Origin: Klebsormidium nitens
Taxonomy: Eukaryota > Plantae > Klebsormidiophyceae
Direction of reading: 5' to 3'
Assembly: GCA_000708835.1 (NCBI GenBank)
Contig: DF237280.1
Span: 36,526-100,525 of the forward strand
Length of the DNA stretch: 64,000 nt
Part shown: piece after piece, positions 26,128 through 39,700 of the stretch
Layout of the letters: every line of letters starts with the position of its first letter
How positions within the stretch are numbered: the stretch's first letter is position 1
Program-made: the position numbers and the translations under genes
Notes under the pieces: model-generated
What the model was told of the DNA's origin: nothing
Database searches by the model: none
Seen by the model: the letters and a program-made list of their open reading frames with translations, nothing else

Positions 26128-26928
26128 TGTCCCTCCCTTCCCTTCCCTTGCTCAGACCCACCTGGGCTATCCGCCAAACACTCTCTTCGAACGACTCCGA
26201 GAAGGGAGTCTCCGACTCTCTGACTGCAAGCTCAGTCAGAGTCTGACTCTGAGGCTTTTAAGAGCCTTAACTGAGGAAGGCAAGCCCCTCGTAGGAGGTC
26301 AAAAGAACCATTCCCATTCCATATGCCGTTATCATCAAGAGCGTCTCAACGTCTCGTTTCGAAGCAGCTAGAGAGCAAATAGACGGCAACCTGTGCCGTC
26401 TATTGCCCACATTCTGCATAATTTATGCAGGCTGCAGCACGCCGACCACGCCCGTCATTTGTTGCTTTTCTAGTTGCCCTGGGAATAGCTGACCTAGCAC
26501 ACAGTCAGCAATGCAGAAATTGGCCCTGCCGAGAAGGTCAATATGGGTGCTCCGAGTCCTGGAGGCTGGACATTCTTGAAAAGGCTGAGAGAAGTGGCAT
26601 AAGTTTTGGCATGGGCACGAATGCTTAAACGATGTTGAACGGGCGTAAAGTGGGTGGCTTCTGCACCCTGATCCGTAAGATGCAGCTCAGGGCTTGATAA
26701 GAGCTCCGGCTTGATTGCACAGCTCAGGGCTTGATCACACTGCTTCTTGCCTTTGCTGTCCGCACTGCATGAAGACAAGCAATCGGTGCCCCATAAATTG
26801 CCGTACAGTGAAGTTGGAAGCAGCAGCTGGGACCAGCTATTTCCCCCTTTGAAGGGATCCCCTCAGATTATCATGGGTTTCTGGGTGTGCTGACGTATTC
26901 AAGGAGTCGTTGGGCGGGGTTGTCAGAC

Positions 26929-29139
26929 ATGGCAGAGGGGTCCAAAAAGTCCCCTGTGAAACTTGAGAATGTCAGCTTTTCTGCAGAGGACGGCTGGCCT
27001 CTGAAAGGCACGTTGTTTTGGCCCTGGGCTCAGATGAAACCAGCAGCGAGCACCACCACACCGCGAGGGGTGCTTATCAGTTCAGCTACAGGTTAGATGC
27101 TTTGTGTCCGTTGATACACAACAGGTAATCTGGGCAAAAACCAGGCTAGCCAGGGTTGAAGAAGGAAGCAAGAGGCTTGCTTGGTATTCTCAGCTTCGAA
27201 GTTAGCATTGTCTTCCCTATCCAGCATGATTGATTCTTATAATGGCATGAAAGAAGTCTCCTACTTCACGAGACCTTTTGCTGAGGGCCGTGAGGGCCAC
27301 CTGCAGCAGATCTGCACAACATTGTACACAACATTCTATACCAGCTCAAAGTACTTGTTCCTTGAACTTGCCTCAGCTGCTTCGTGAGTTGCTTGATCAA
27401 TGTCACATGGAAGCTCAAAACTTCTATCCATCGCTCTTGAAACCAAGCAGATTTCGTGATTCAGGATTGCTGCATCTGTGATTGACAATCTGCTCCTTAT
27501 CCAATTCACAAGAGCAGCAACTCTTCTTCGCACCTCGCAGGTGTTGGCCGCTCCTTCTACTCCCGCTTTGCATCGTTTGTTGCTCAAGAGACCGGCTGGC
27601 CTGTCTTGATGTATGACTACAGAGGCAATGAGGGGGTCTTACCTGAGGCAAAAAGGAAGAAACTGCCTGAACACCCGCTTGTGGACGTCAATGCTGACAT
27701 GAGCGACTGGGCACTTCTTGACCAGCCAGCAGCCCTGTCTTACCTGCTGGCTTACCTCCGCGACTCTGCTGTGGAAGAGGAGACGGCTGTTTCAGGTAGG
27801 CATACAATGGCCTCTCCTGTTCTTCATTGATCATTGAGGATTGTGTTTGAGAGAAGAGCAAGGTGCTAGATAGGGACATCAAGTGTATTCTCCCCTTTGA
27901 GCGAGTCTATTGCTAGCTCCTCTTGTAGCGCATAATGTACAATGAAATTGATTTCGATCTTGGATCTGAAACCAGAGGCCGGTTTCCAGATTTCTAACGT
28001 TCTGGAGCTCTTGAAAAGCTGATTTATTTTGACTTTTGGCTCACTTATCTTTCGAGCTGCCTCTTCCTCCGCAATCACATGACACCGAACTCTTCTCAAA
28101 TACATTTTCAACGGGTCCGATTGTTCTTCGCTTACAGGCGCCGTTTTAAAACCTGAAGTCGTCATTGTCGCACACTCCGTGGGAGGCCATATCGCCCCGC
28201 TTTTGCCCCCCCATCTGGCTGCCGCCGTGCCACGTGTCCTATTCATTTCTGTAAATAGCGCCTACTATCGACATCACCAGGTCAAGTCCCAGCTTGCGAC
28301 GTATGCCTACCTGAAAGTTGCACTGCCGATCCTCATATCCATGCACGGGTGAGTATCTCTGGAGCTGTTTTGTGAAACTTGCCACGGCACGAAAAGTCAT
28401 TTCAACCTCCAAATTCGAAGGCGGAAAGTTTGCCGGCTATTGATTGGGGCTGTATTGTCTTCTGTGGTATCAGTAGACAAGGAAAGAAAGAATCTAAGTT
28501 ATGAGCTGAACTGTAGCCGCACTGAAAGGCCCGTTCGCCACCTCCGTTCAATAATCAGCCTCCTCGCTCTCTCGAAAAGTTGTGCAAGAACCTGCATAAC
28601 GGCAAGCTTAGGGGAGCGACGTGCCAATAACCCGATCCGTGAAAACCCTCCTGTGTTTACGGTTCACTTGTTGCTTCGGGAGAAAAACAAGCTCTCTTGA
28701 AACATTCGAATGCTTTTCTCGCAGTTATGCGCCGACCCAGAAGCTGGGCCTCATGTTCGGGGAGCTGCCGTCGGGCGTGATGGAGCAATGGCTGCGGTGG
28801 GTGGGTCATCCCGACTACTGCTTCAGCGAACGGGAGCTGCGCACCGTTGGGGAGGCTTGGCGCGGGAACGTTCTCGGCATCTCGTTCGCTGACGACGAAA
28901 TCGCCAAGCCGTCCGCGTTTCCGGGGTTTACCGATCTGTTGAAAAGCGCCCGGGTTGTGAACCTACATCTGAAGCCGTCGGATGTTGGTCTCGACGGCAA
29001 AGTAGGGCACGTCGGGTTTTTCTTTAGCCGGGCGAAAGAGGCGCTCTGGCGGCCAGCGCTGGAGTTCATCAAGAAGGGGCGGGTGCCTTCGAGCTTGCAG
29101 CAGCGAAGTGCGGTTCCTCTGCAAGCCTCAAGACTCTAG
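26929..29139 (+). CDS. Alpha/beta hydrolase resembling the bacterial COG4757 family
   Basis: Exons 26929-27091, 27541-~27795, 28138-28348, 28726-29139. Motifs: FSAEDGWPLKGTLF, SATGVGRSFYSRFA, YDYRG, DMSDWALLDQPAAL, nucleophile AHSVGGH, SFADD acid, GHVGFF histidine. Confidence 0.85.
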
Positions 29140-29926
29140 TACGTAAGCGCGGCTTGCTGGGTGAGACTTGTATCATGGAACATTGAACATTGTAGAAAAT
29201 TTGATGCGTGTTTGCTTGCACATGTATAGACGTGTCTGCCGTCAAAGAAAGGGACGTGTGGACCTTGCAGAAGATATACAACCCTGATCTGATTAGCTTA
29301 TAGGAAGGCCTGCTCGAAGTTGATGACCTAGCTTGAGTCCGAGCGCTAGCTGCATGCCTCTGAGTACGATACTAGCCGAGTCGGGACCCATTGAAAATTA
29401 AAGCTAGCACATGTACTGCATTCAACCGCGCAGCCCTGATTCTCCTCATGTTTAGATACGTGCAGACCATTCTCCGTTTTGACTATCAAACTCATTCGCC
29501 TATTCCATTCATACACGGCATGGACCAGAATCGACAAGAGGGAGGTTTGAGCGCATGCATGCATTTGTTGGGGATGCAGCTACCTAGTTTCTTCCAGTAA
29601 TGTCGTACACACATGCATGCAGGGGCGTATATACAATTCGACGCGGCTCCTCCGCGCCGTCAGTAGCACTCAAGCACAATTTGTGGGCCATTATTCGGGC
29701 ATGCAAATGAATCGTGCGTGCTTATACTACGGGCATGAGAGGCCGGGCCTGTCTGGGCCCTGTCCGTGCCATGCGCAACCGACTTGGTAAATCAAGATCT
29801 CGACAGTTGATTGAACAAGCCTGATCATGTGTTTATAGCAACATGCAAAAGAAGTCGACAACGCCTATCCCCAACCCATTTGTGTGTATAATGTTACAAG
29901 AATCTTCGCGACAGTGATGTTCCTGC

Positions 29927-32900
29927 TCATCTCCTCCCCGCGATCGCGACCGGTTCCCTCCTGCTAATTTCACTGGCGGAATCCAACAAGGACCGCTTCT
30001 TTTTCCGCTTGGCCGTACCTGGCGCAGCTTTGCGTCCGCCTGAGATGGCCGCCTGAAGATCGCCCATCCCTGGCATGGCCGTCTTCCCGCTCATGATCGC
30101 CGACAGGTTCTGCATCCGCGCGCGCATCGTGAAGAGCTGCTGGATCACCTCGCTCACCTGCAGGGGCCATGTTCAATGCTCCATCAGCAGCCAAGTTGCA
30201 AGATTGAAAAGCAATCCGATTGACATCGTTATCGTTCAACTCACCGTGAGAGAAGACGCTACAGAGAAAACGTAGCAGGTAGCAAACGACATGGGTTTGA
30301 AAACCACGAAGAGTTAGCGCAATTGAGCAAGAAAAGAGCACGGAGATTCAAGGTAGAACTACATTCGCAATCGCACCTGTCTTTCCGTCTTGCCGCAGCC
30401 CTTGGCGATCCGCCGCCGCCGGGAGGGGGACGACGCCAGGAGGTCCGGCTTGGCACGCTCGTCGACCGTCATGCTGTGGATGACGGCCCGCATCGTCTTG
30501 GCGTTCTTCTCGGCCTCTCTGATCTCCGTGTTGCTCAGCCTGCATTAGAAGAATCATCGTCAGCACCCGAACCTCCCCAAGAAAGGGCACACCCATGCTA
30601 GTCCCCCCGTTCAGCGGGAAAACTTCTGAAGTATCTGGTTTGATTGTCTGGAAAGTGGGTGGATCTCTTTCACGCGAATCGCAGGGGAAAGAATGAAGAC
30701 GACTTACGCCCAAAGATATGAAAGCTCTTCCAGATCTGTTAACGGCGTGCATTGATCAAAGATACCTTTTACAATCAAGCAGCCGGCTGGCGCAGCCCTA
30801 CCGGGTACAAGCTTTTTCCCTGCCGCAAGTGCATTAACTCATGCGGATAAGATGATCTCTGCAGCATGTTGAAGAAAGCATAGGGCAAACAAACCAAGCA
30901 GTCTACCAGAAACAGGGACCACAATTGCGTGCGGTAAACACGTTGAATGCAAAAAGGCGGCTCACTTGTTCATCCCGGGCATGAGCTTGAGGAACGCGGA
31001 CATGGAGCCGAAGCGCGCAATCATCTCTGTCTGCTTGAGCATGTCCGTGAAGTCGAACTTGGCCGACATCATGCGCTCTGCGATTCTAGCACTCTCTTCC
31101 GTCATCATCTGCACAGAAGCAGTATGGACAACACGTCAGCGACAAACAAAAACATATCGAAAGAGGGAATGGAAACAGGGCAAGGGGACTCCATCTCAAG
31201 CTCGAATTAAAAACAAGGGTTCGTGCGACACCGTCCCTTGGAAAAAGGTCGAGCAAATGACAGGTGTAGTGTCAAGCAAACCGGCTGTGCAGCCACAACT
31301 TTTGGACGACGTAATATCTACCTGATATGAATCAACATCAGAAGTTGGATTCATCTCCATGGCTGGCGGATACAAAAGGGATTCTTTACCCGCCAGCATT
31401 TCGACTGCCACTCGCGTATAGCCTTGCATTGTAGTCAGAGTCGCAGTAGAGTGACCGGTGAAGGAAGCACGCACTGCTCCTTTTTTATCGGTACAAAGTT
31501 ACTGAAATGCCTTTACCCACATCAACTACCATCAACAACTTGCCAGCAATCTGTCGATCGAGGCCGATCCGAATCTAAACGTCGACTCAGCATAGTCGTT
31601 GCCCTTCAAGCAAGGTCTGGTGATAGCAGGAAGCTGACAGAGCCGTTAAGCAAGCCCAGCGGGTCAAGAGCTCTGGGAGTAGCGAAATACAAAGTCGAGT
31701 GCATCTTTTCTTGTCTAGTCGAACCAGTGATGAACTGAATAATCGTCCCAAGCTATTCCCTCACCGCTTCCTCGGCCCTCTCCACGAGCGTCAGCACGTC
31801 GCCCATACCCAGGATGCGCTGCGCCATGCGCTCTGGGTAGAACGGCTCCAGCGCAGTCATGGCCTCCCCCTCTCCAGTGAACTTGATCGGTTTGCCAGAG
31901 ACCTGTCAGCGACAAAGCGTAAGCTCGCAGGCTGCGGAGTAAGTAAAGAAGTGCGCAGCCTTTCAAACATGCAGCTTGAGGGTCGGCCGCAAGGTCCGCC
32001 CACAATGCAGGGCTCTGAACCCAAACAAAATCCAGATGCGCGTCGTTTCGGAGCCAATTTTTTTTGGGGCACGCTCAATAAGGTGGCGTTCTGCACGAGA
32101 GTGACTTGAAAAACTTCCGGTTTCAACATCAAGCTCTCAGATGCAGGAGCAGGCCGAATCGACGACTTTGTTCGGACTACGCGGATGCATGTGAATCATC
32201 AAAATTTGACATGCAACGACCCCTAATGAAAACTTGAGCTGCTATCAGCTGGCAAGGACGGCCCGACCGTTGGAAGGCCTGGGACGCAATTTGATCGCGC
32301 TGCATGAGTTTGGTTGAAACCGCTAGTTTCATTCAATCTTTTCCAGAGCTCTGTGCCCATACCTTTGCGGCATACTCAGAATAACGTGGACGAATCCTCC
32401 CGACCGAGAGAGGCATCGACGTGACATGACTTCGGAAGTACACCGGAAGGCTGGGATCAGGTTGGCCTTACCTCCTTGACGCTCAGCGCAGCGCCACCCC
32501 GTGAATCTCCGTCTAGTTTCGTCAGGATCGCCCCAGTGATCCCCACCTCCTGGTTGAACGACGCCACCAGGCCTGCAGTCCAGCGAGCACAGCATGAGAC
32601 GGCTCATTTGGATAGCCCGACAAGTAACAGAGTCTACTATGCCCAGTGCTTAGATTTGAGCCAACGTTCAGCTTTCAGTCGCCAGATCCGTGCTGCCAGG
32701 TTTTGCGGTCAAAAGCAAGCGGAATCCGCGGATCACACAGCTTGGAGCTCGCAAAAAGTAGGTCTCCCACAAACCAAGTCGATGGTATGAATCTCACTGC
32801 AGAGCCCGGAAGGAAGCCACAAGCGAACACAATCCAGACGAGGCGTACTCTACGCATTCCAAGATCCCAGGATTCGGACTCAAGCAAAGTCCTATCCTGA

Positions 32901-35495
32901 GACCTCCATTCCATCTCCTCACTCGCTGTTCCTCGTGGTCCAGGGTTTGCAGTGAGAAGCTTACCGGCTGCTTCTTGTCCCGTCATGGCGTCCACCACAA
33001 GAAGAATCTCGGTAGGCTTCACTGCCTTCTTGATCTCCTTCAACTCATTCATCATGTCCTTGTTGATCTGCGCCGGAACAGAAGCACCGCTCAGCAGATG
33101 TCTTTCTGAAAAGCTCGTACCGTAAACTGAGACCAAAGTCTACCGCAACCCCGAAACAGCACGCACTATTTACCAGACTTTCAACAACAAGGCTTTGAAA
33201 CAGATCGCTTCACGATGTGGCGGAAGTATTCTTTCTTCATTTTATGAACCGGGACCCTTGTGGGCTCCTCTAGACGTGCTTTGGTTGATGTCAACGTCCT
33301 GGTTGATGTTGACGAATGAGCTTCAACAAACTTAAAACGGAAACTTTTGTTGCAGAGTTCCCTGCTTGCACACCGTGTCCACCTTAAAGAAGCCCCTAGA
33401 CCTACAAAGGATTCTCAGAACTTCAGAGTCACGCAGGTTTAAGCAGGGGCCGGGCTATTGTTATGCAGAACACTTGCCTGCAGCCGCCCTGCTGTGTCCA
33501 CTAGAACAACGTCTGCCTTGATCCGCTTGGCCTCCGCCAGGCCTTTCCTTGCAATTTCGGGTGGCTTCGCGGTGGTGCCCATTTCAAAGACTGGCACGTC
33601 CACTTGCTTTCCCAACGTCACGAGCTGGTCAATGGCTGCGGGTCGGTACACGTCCGTGGCGACCATAAGAACCTTCTTGTCCTGCATCCAACACAAAAGG
33701 TTTGCCTTCAGCCCGGAAAATGTTCATCATAATCAGAGGCACGATTTGACCTTGTGCCACCTTGCCAATGGCAACAGATCGAAGAGCCTAGAATGGATCA
33801 ACGGAGAACCCTCGAACTCCGTGAGAATGCAGATACGGGCCTGAGTAAAAATGTTGCTGCAGCGAGAAGCACTGAACAACTCTACCTGCTGTCCATGGTC
33901 ATGTGTGAAGGGAAGTCAAGCTGACCATAGGATGTCATGCTGTAAAGGTTGCAAACGGTCGAAGCACGTAACTTGACTACAGACTCGATGCTTCATCATA
34001 CTTCCTAGAAAGATCTGACGCAGTATATCTCACCTGCTTCTTGAGGTAGAGAGCCAGCTTTCCCGCGGCCGTGGTCTTTCCCACTCCTTGCAACCCAGCC
34101 AGAAGGATGACAGTGGGACCAATCCGGGAATACACCAACGGGGCAAGCTCCAGCCCCATCAGTGCTTTGAGCTCATCAGCCACAACCTGCCAGGAACAAA
34201 AGAAGACAATTGTGGCTGAAGTCCAGAGTATGACATGATTCGAAGAAGCTCAAAGTGCATTACTGAAAGCTTTCACTACTTGTATTTGATTGCTTTTGAG
34301 GCCAGACGACAATATGTGTCACAAGTAAGAAGCACCGCATCCAACTGCACAACATTGCCAACGAGAAGAGCCCCGAGAGAGAGACGGGAAGCATGATGCA
34401 CCACACCAGCTGCTCTTTCTTCACAAAATGTCAAACAGAACCTTGTACCGGAAGTGGTTGAAGTTACGCACCTTGATAAGCTGCTGCTGCGGTTTGACTC
34501 CTTTCGCCACCTCTTGGCCAATTGCCTTGGACTGCACATTCGTGACGAAACGACGAGCCACGGGCAGACTGACATCTGCTTCCAGAAGAGCCCTCCGGAC
34601 CTCTTTCATGGGCTCTTTGATATTGTCCGATGTGATCTTGTCTGCAGACAGCAAGCACCAAATGAACGTTACTCGCCGGGGACTCTACCCTGTGATGCTG
34701 CTACTTAGGCACTGGCTTGCAGTTCGTTCCAAAACGAGTATGCCTTTGCATCCAATTCGGTCAGTCCAATGACCCAACCTTGGGCGCAGATTGCTTCAAA
34801 GAGAGCTGCAAAAACCCAATTGCAGCTGTCTGCCTGGAAAGAGAGACCGACCAGCGAGAATACTCTACAGACGTTTACGCCCGTTCACGATGTTATGAGA
34901 CACAGCTGTCACATTACAAACCTACCTTCATTTGCTAGCTTCTTCCATGCATTCTCTAAGCTGATTGACAGCTGGTCAAAGACTGCCGCCTGAGTGCTCA
35001 AGGCACCCCCTCGCCGAGAGCCTGGGCCGGGCCGCCCCTGGCATTGCTGCAACCGAGTGAGACTGGCGCCCTGCAGGACACAAACTGGATTGAATGCTGC
35101 ACCATTACCAACTTTCCGAGAATCGCCTTCCTGACCAAGCCTTGACGGAACTTTTGCTACCAGCGAAAAGAGGGGTAGCCAATGCTGCTGAAAGCAGCAA
35201 CCAGAAAATCGAACGAATGAGACGAAACTGCCAAAGGTGACAGAAGGAAACAGATTGTGCAGCTCACCAGGAATGCAGTGCTCTTTGCCGAGCAAAGATG
35301 TAGAGACGAGCCACCGAATAGGCTTGACTCGAGAGCCAAACCCAGAGCAGCTTTTGGGGGTTGGAATGTGCGGGGAATAACTGGAGGGCTCCATGTTGCA
35401 CCGCAACTCCTATCCTTGCTCAAACGAGCATGTGCCACATCTGGGCGAATACTGCACAGGTTTTGAGAGAAGCTCGCGACTTTCGAAGCCGCCAT
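29927..35495 (-). CDS. cpSRP54: Chloroplast signal recognition particle 54 kDa subunit
   Basis: Transit peptide, then [103 protein letters not shown], and the M domain ([15 protein letters not shown]). Confidence 0.97.
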
Positions 35496-35989
35496 GTCTT
35501 TGGTGCAACCAACGGTTCTAAAAATTTGTCCACAAAGTTGGGCGTGCAAACAACACCGGTCCTTCAAGGGCGTCGAGGATCGCTCAGGCAAAGGGCTGCT
35601 GGCCACAAACCACAACAGACTGCGCCCCCTAGCTGCAACTCAGGCGCACCTTTTCACTTCCTCTTGCAAGTTGTGCAGTTTTAGTATTACTCACAACTCA
35701 AGGTGCATGCTTGCCTCGAAACTTATCGAAAGACAAGTTTCCAACTGCAGTATGTGAATGCGCTCTTTATACGGGGTTAACGAAGCAGTTATCGTTCCTA
35801 TTAAAGTGACGTCCAACGGCGGTGCCGTCGAGGAGCTTGTCGGAATTTGATACAACGACTTCGCGGCATACGAGTCGCTTCTTAAAACGGCATAACGGCG
35901 CTTCGATGTTGGGTTACAATTGGGTTACAGATTTTGACCCAATTAGCGCTCTGTGACAGTCGCGCTTTCACATCTTGAGTGGCTAAGTA

Positions 35990-36279
35990 CCGTAGTCCAA
36001 CGTGATCATTCCGAACGGAGTTTCCAGGTAATATTTTCCAACAATCCGACCAGGAATGCGGAATTGATTATGCGGATTCCGACCAGAATCCGAATGCCCT
36101 ATGTTCATACTTGAAGACGCATTTTAGGGCAGATTTGGGCAGATTTTTGCCTTCCGAGGCCCAATTTAGAAATATTTAACCTTTCCGAATTTCTACGTTC
36201 CGAACGGGAAACCTGAATTTGTGACTTTCCGAATGCAAATAATTATTTATTTATTCGGATTCATTACCTTGGACTACGG
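35990..36279. mobile_element. MITE family 1 (~290 bp, TA-flanked, Tc1/mariner-type non-autonomous element)
   Basis: ta|ccgtagtccaacgtgatcattccgaa ... ttcggattcattaccttggactacgg|ta. A second, inverted copy lies at 62527-62817. The interior is AT-rich with many ttccga motifs. Confidence 0.9.
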
Positions 36280-36709
36280 TAGTAGAGGGAGTGGCTTGTG
36301 CGCTGCATTTCCCGAACAACTTTCTGGCTTCATCAGTTGAACAAAGCGCCCGTTTGGTGGAAGCAGTGGGCAAGCTCCTCGGAGTCCTGGTTGCCTCGAG
36401 AGTCTACAATTGGCCCAGCAGATAGTGTGCTGGAGCCGAGCTGAATGCGCTGCTGCACGCAGGAGGGGCGCCTTCCGCAGCAGCTTCAGACTCATTCTAA
36501 AGTTCTCATCTCATCTGACTTTGTCATTGCAGACCAACAGCAAGGAAGAGGCCGAAAATAAGCTTCAGGATTGCCCTTGTGGAAACAAGAGCGGTCCCTC
36601 TTGGCTTCATGCGAATTTGGCTCAAAATGAGTTTATATGCTTGTAGGAGATCGTTTCAGAGACTGTAGCAAAGCAGGGGACCCGTCAGCAGGTGTGGCCA
36701 GCAAGACCG

Positions 36710-39700
36710 ATGGCTACTCTTGAGGCTTTCCTGGAGCAGTCCGCCTCGTACATTAGAGACACTTTGCCGGGGCTGCCAGCATACAGGTAAGCTGAAGCAG
36801 TAGCTACTGTCAAACTACTACTGTCAACTTGTGTCTTTGTTATGTGCTCTCTCAAATTCGCTGTACCAATCTGTAGGACTCCTTCCGATGAACTGCGTGT
36901 GGCCAGATTCTCACTACCAAAGGGATATGTTGAATGTAAATACTCCTTGCCTCGCACCGGCTTCTCGTCTTTCCGTTCATGGTGACCCAGAAGTGAAGAA
37001 GATGACAGGCACCCCGTGGCTTCCTGCAGTAGAGTCGCCAGAAAGCAGATTGAGCAGCAGATCACTCAGTGTCTGGAAAAGTACCGCGGCCTGGCCCTCC
37101 GCTTGGACAACTACGCCCCTGATGGCAGCACGAGCGAGCCAACCAACATGGCACTGTTGGCATTGGAGGGCACAATCCCTATGAGCTACCGGGACAAGCT
37201 GTACAACATCCCAGTAAGTCTCTCACATGGTGTCTACTTAGTTCAGAACTTCAGATAAACTGGTTGGAATCCAAGGCTCTGCAGAAGGCGCTTGGGCAAC
37301 GGACAGCATATAGACAGTGTGAAGAGAACAAGAGGAGACTCAATCTGTGGATATATTACAATCTACAAAGGCAATACGCTTGTTCAAGTCAGAGAGTGGC
37401 TCCCCCCTTCTAAGCCATTTCCTTGTCAAGCGGGAAGTTGGAAACTAGTGCTCTTTCTAAGTCCCTTTTTCTTTATGAGCTGAGGATACACGCCTCCCAA
37501 GTGTTCCTGACATCGGCCCATGTGTGTGCCACAGGTCAGCATCCGGCTCCCACAAGGCTTTCCGGTCTCCCCCCCAGCCTGCTATGTTCTGCAAAAGAAT
37601 GGTCTCGTGCTGAAGCCACAGCACACCGTAGTCACCCCGACAGGTCTATGCAACTTCTCGCGGTTTGAAAAAGCGAGATGGGACCCCAAGCACTCAACCA
37701 TGAAAGACCAAGCGGACCTGGTGAGCCTGCGAACCGTTGGGAGTCTGGATGCTTTGTGCAAGTGAAAAACGGGAGGAAAGCGAGAAACTAGAGCAAACTG
37801 GAAGCTTAACAGTAACTGAAGGATGTCGGAATCAGAAGGAGAAGGGTCGCAATTGACAAACTGAAACCAGTGGAGGTTGGGTCCACTTTGGTGCATGTGC
37901 TGGTCACACTAGTCGACAGCTGGTGGCCTCTGAATGCTCTGATGAAAATAAACACGTTTGTCAATACAAACCTCTTCTTGAGTACTAGAATAAGGTAGAC
38001 TGTGCGTTCCAGTGCAGAACGTTTGCGGGGACAAACACATTTTCCGGATGAATCTCTTCTTAATTACAAAGAATAAAGTAGACTTGTGTTCCTTTGCAGA
38101 TGGCCCGTGTCTTTGGCATGGAACCCCCGTTGTACTCTCCTGGAAGCGCAGCGCAGCAGGCGCTCGCCTCTGCCGCATCTTTGTCTCCGTCCTTCTCGCT
38201 TCAAAAGCCCACCATCGCACCTGTGGTTCCGGCAGCCGTCGCGGAAAGCAAACTAGCGGCTAGGCAGGCCTGGGATCCGAAAGAACCGACCCAGGAAGAG
38301 CTGGCTCTTGCTCTCGACGTAGTGGAAACATTGTGAGCATGAGCCATTTCCGTTTTTAGGCTCACGTCTTAGTCGATCAGTCAGCTTTCGTGATCCTGGG
38401 TTCCTTGAAGTGTATCCAGCTGCTACCTCGTCCACTGATGGACTGCTGACGAAGCCTTGACTTCCGCAAGAAGCCGAGCACGAACTCGTGAATTCCCTGT
38501 TTTCACCTCCTCGTTGCTTCCAGCAGAAGCCAACTCCGCCCCTGAAATCGGAAGCGTCCTCTGTGGATTATCCACGATGCATCCTCCTCACACCGAAGCG
38601 TTCTTAGGCGTTCGTCGTCATTGCCCATGCGGAGACTTGAGTTAGATTCTTTCGTTCGCAGGTTGACCAAACTAGAGGCTGAGGATGCAGACAACGAAGA
38701 TGCCACGGACGAGGCGTTTCAAAGCTTGCGGGATGAGAAGGTCAAGGTCGAAGACTACCTCAAGGTGAGCACTACTGGAGATGCATGTGCTGTTCGTCTT
38801 TTTGGTTAGAAGCCGGATGTCGTTCGTCCACGCAACTGCTAGTCAAGAACGTCTAGTCTAACGCCAGGCCTTCGTGAAATGGCTTTGCTCAAGTCGGGAA
38901 TCACTCTGCTTCCGTCCTGTTGGTCGCGCATCATCCTGAGCCAGTGGTCTCGCGGATGCTCCGATATGGGCAGCATATGCACAAATGGTGAACAGTACCT
39001 TTCTATCCTTTTGCAGACAGTTCGTCGGCTCGCTCGAGAACAGTACCTGAACCGCGCCCTCTCCAGAAAGGTAGGACCCACCGTTTGCTCATCTCGTTGA
39101 TGGTTTTCCGTGAGCCGCTCGCTGCGAGTAGGAAGTCAAAGTACGTGGCCCTCGGCGCGTTTCTTTTCAATTTCCTTTGCCCCAGCGTCTGTCGTCGAAT
39201 TCAATGAGACAACAAGTGAGCACTCAGCTACTGTCTGCGATTTCTCCGATAACACGGCGTACATGCTTTTGGCAAGATGGGAGCCCAAGACTCTTAGCTC
39301 TCCCTGAAAATCAGCCAAAACGCTTCTAAGGTCGAATCTTCATCTCCTAGTCTTTCATCGCCACGCATTTGGTACGCAGATGTATTGGTGATTGGTCTCT
39401 TGCCTGACCAAATATTGCCGTACTTTCCCTTAGGATAGACACCTCACAAACAATAATCACGATCAATCTGCCTTCCAGGCAGCCAAGCTGAAGCCCTTTT
39501 TAGAGGAGCGCGATGCCAAGCTAAAGGCAGCAGAGGCGGAACGGCATGCGGCCGAGCAAGCGGAGCAGGCGCAGCAGGAACAAGAGGCCGAGCGATTGCG
39601 GTGGGAGGAGCAGGAGAGGAAACGGCAGGAAGAAGAGGGGAGACGGATGGAGGATGAAAGAAGGAGGGCGGAAGAGGAGAGGCAACGCGCGGAACAGGAG

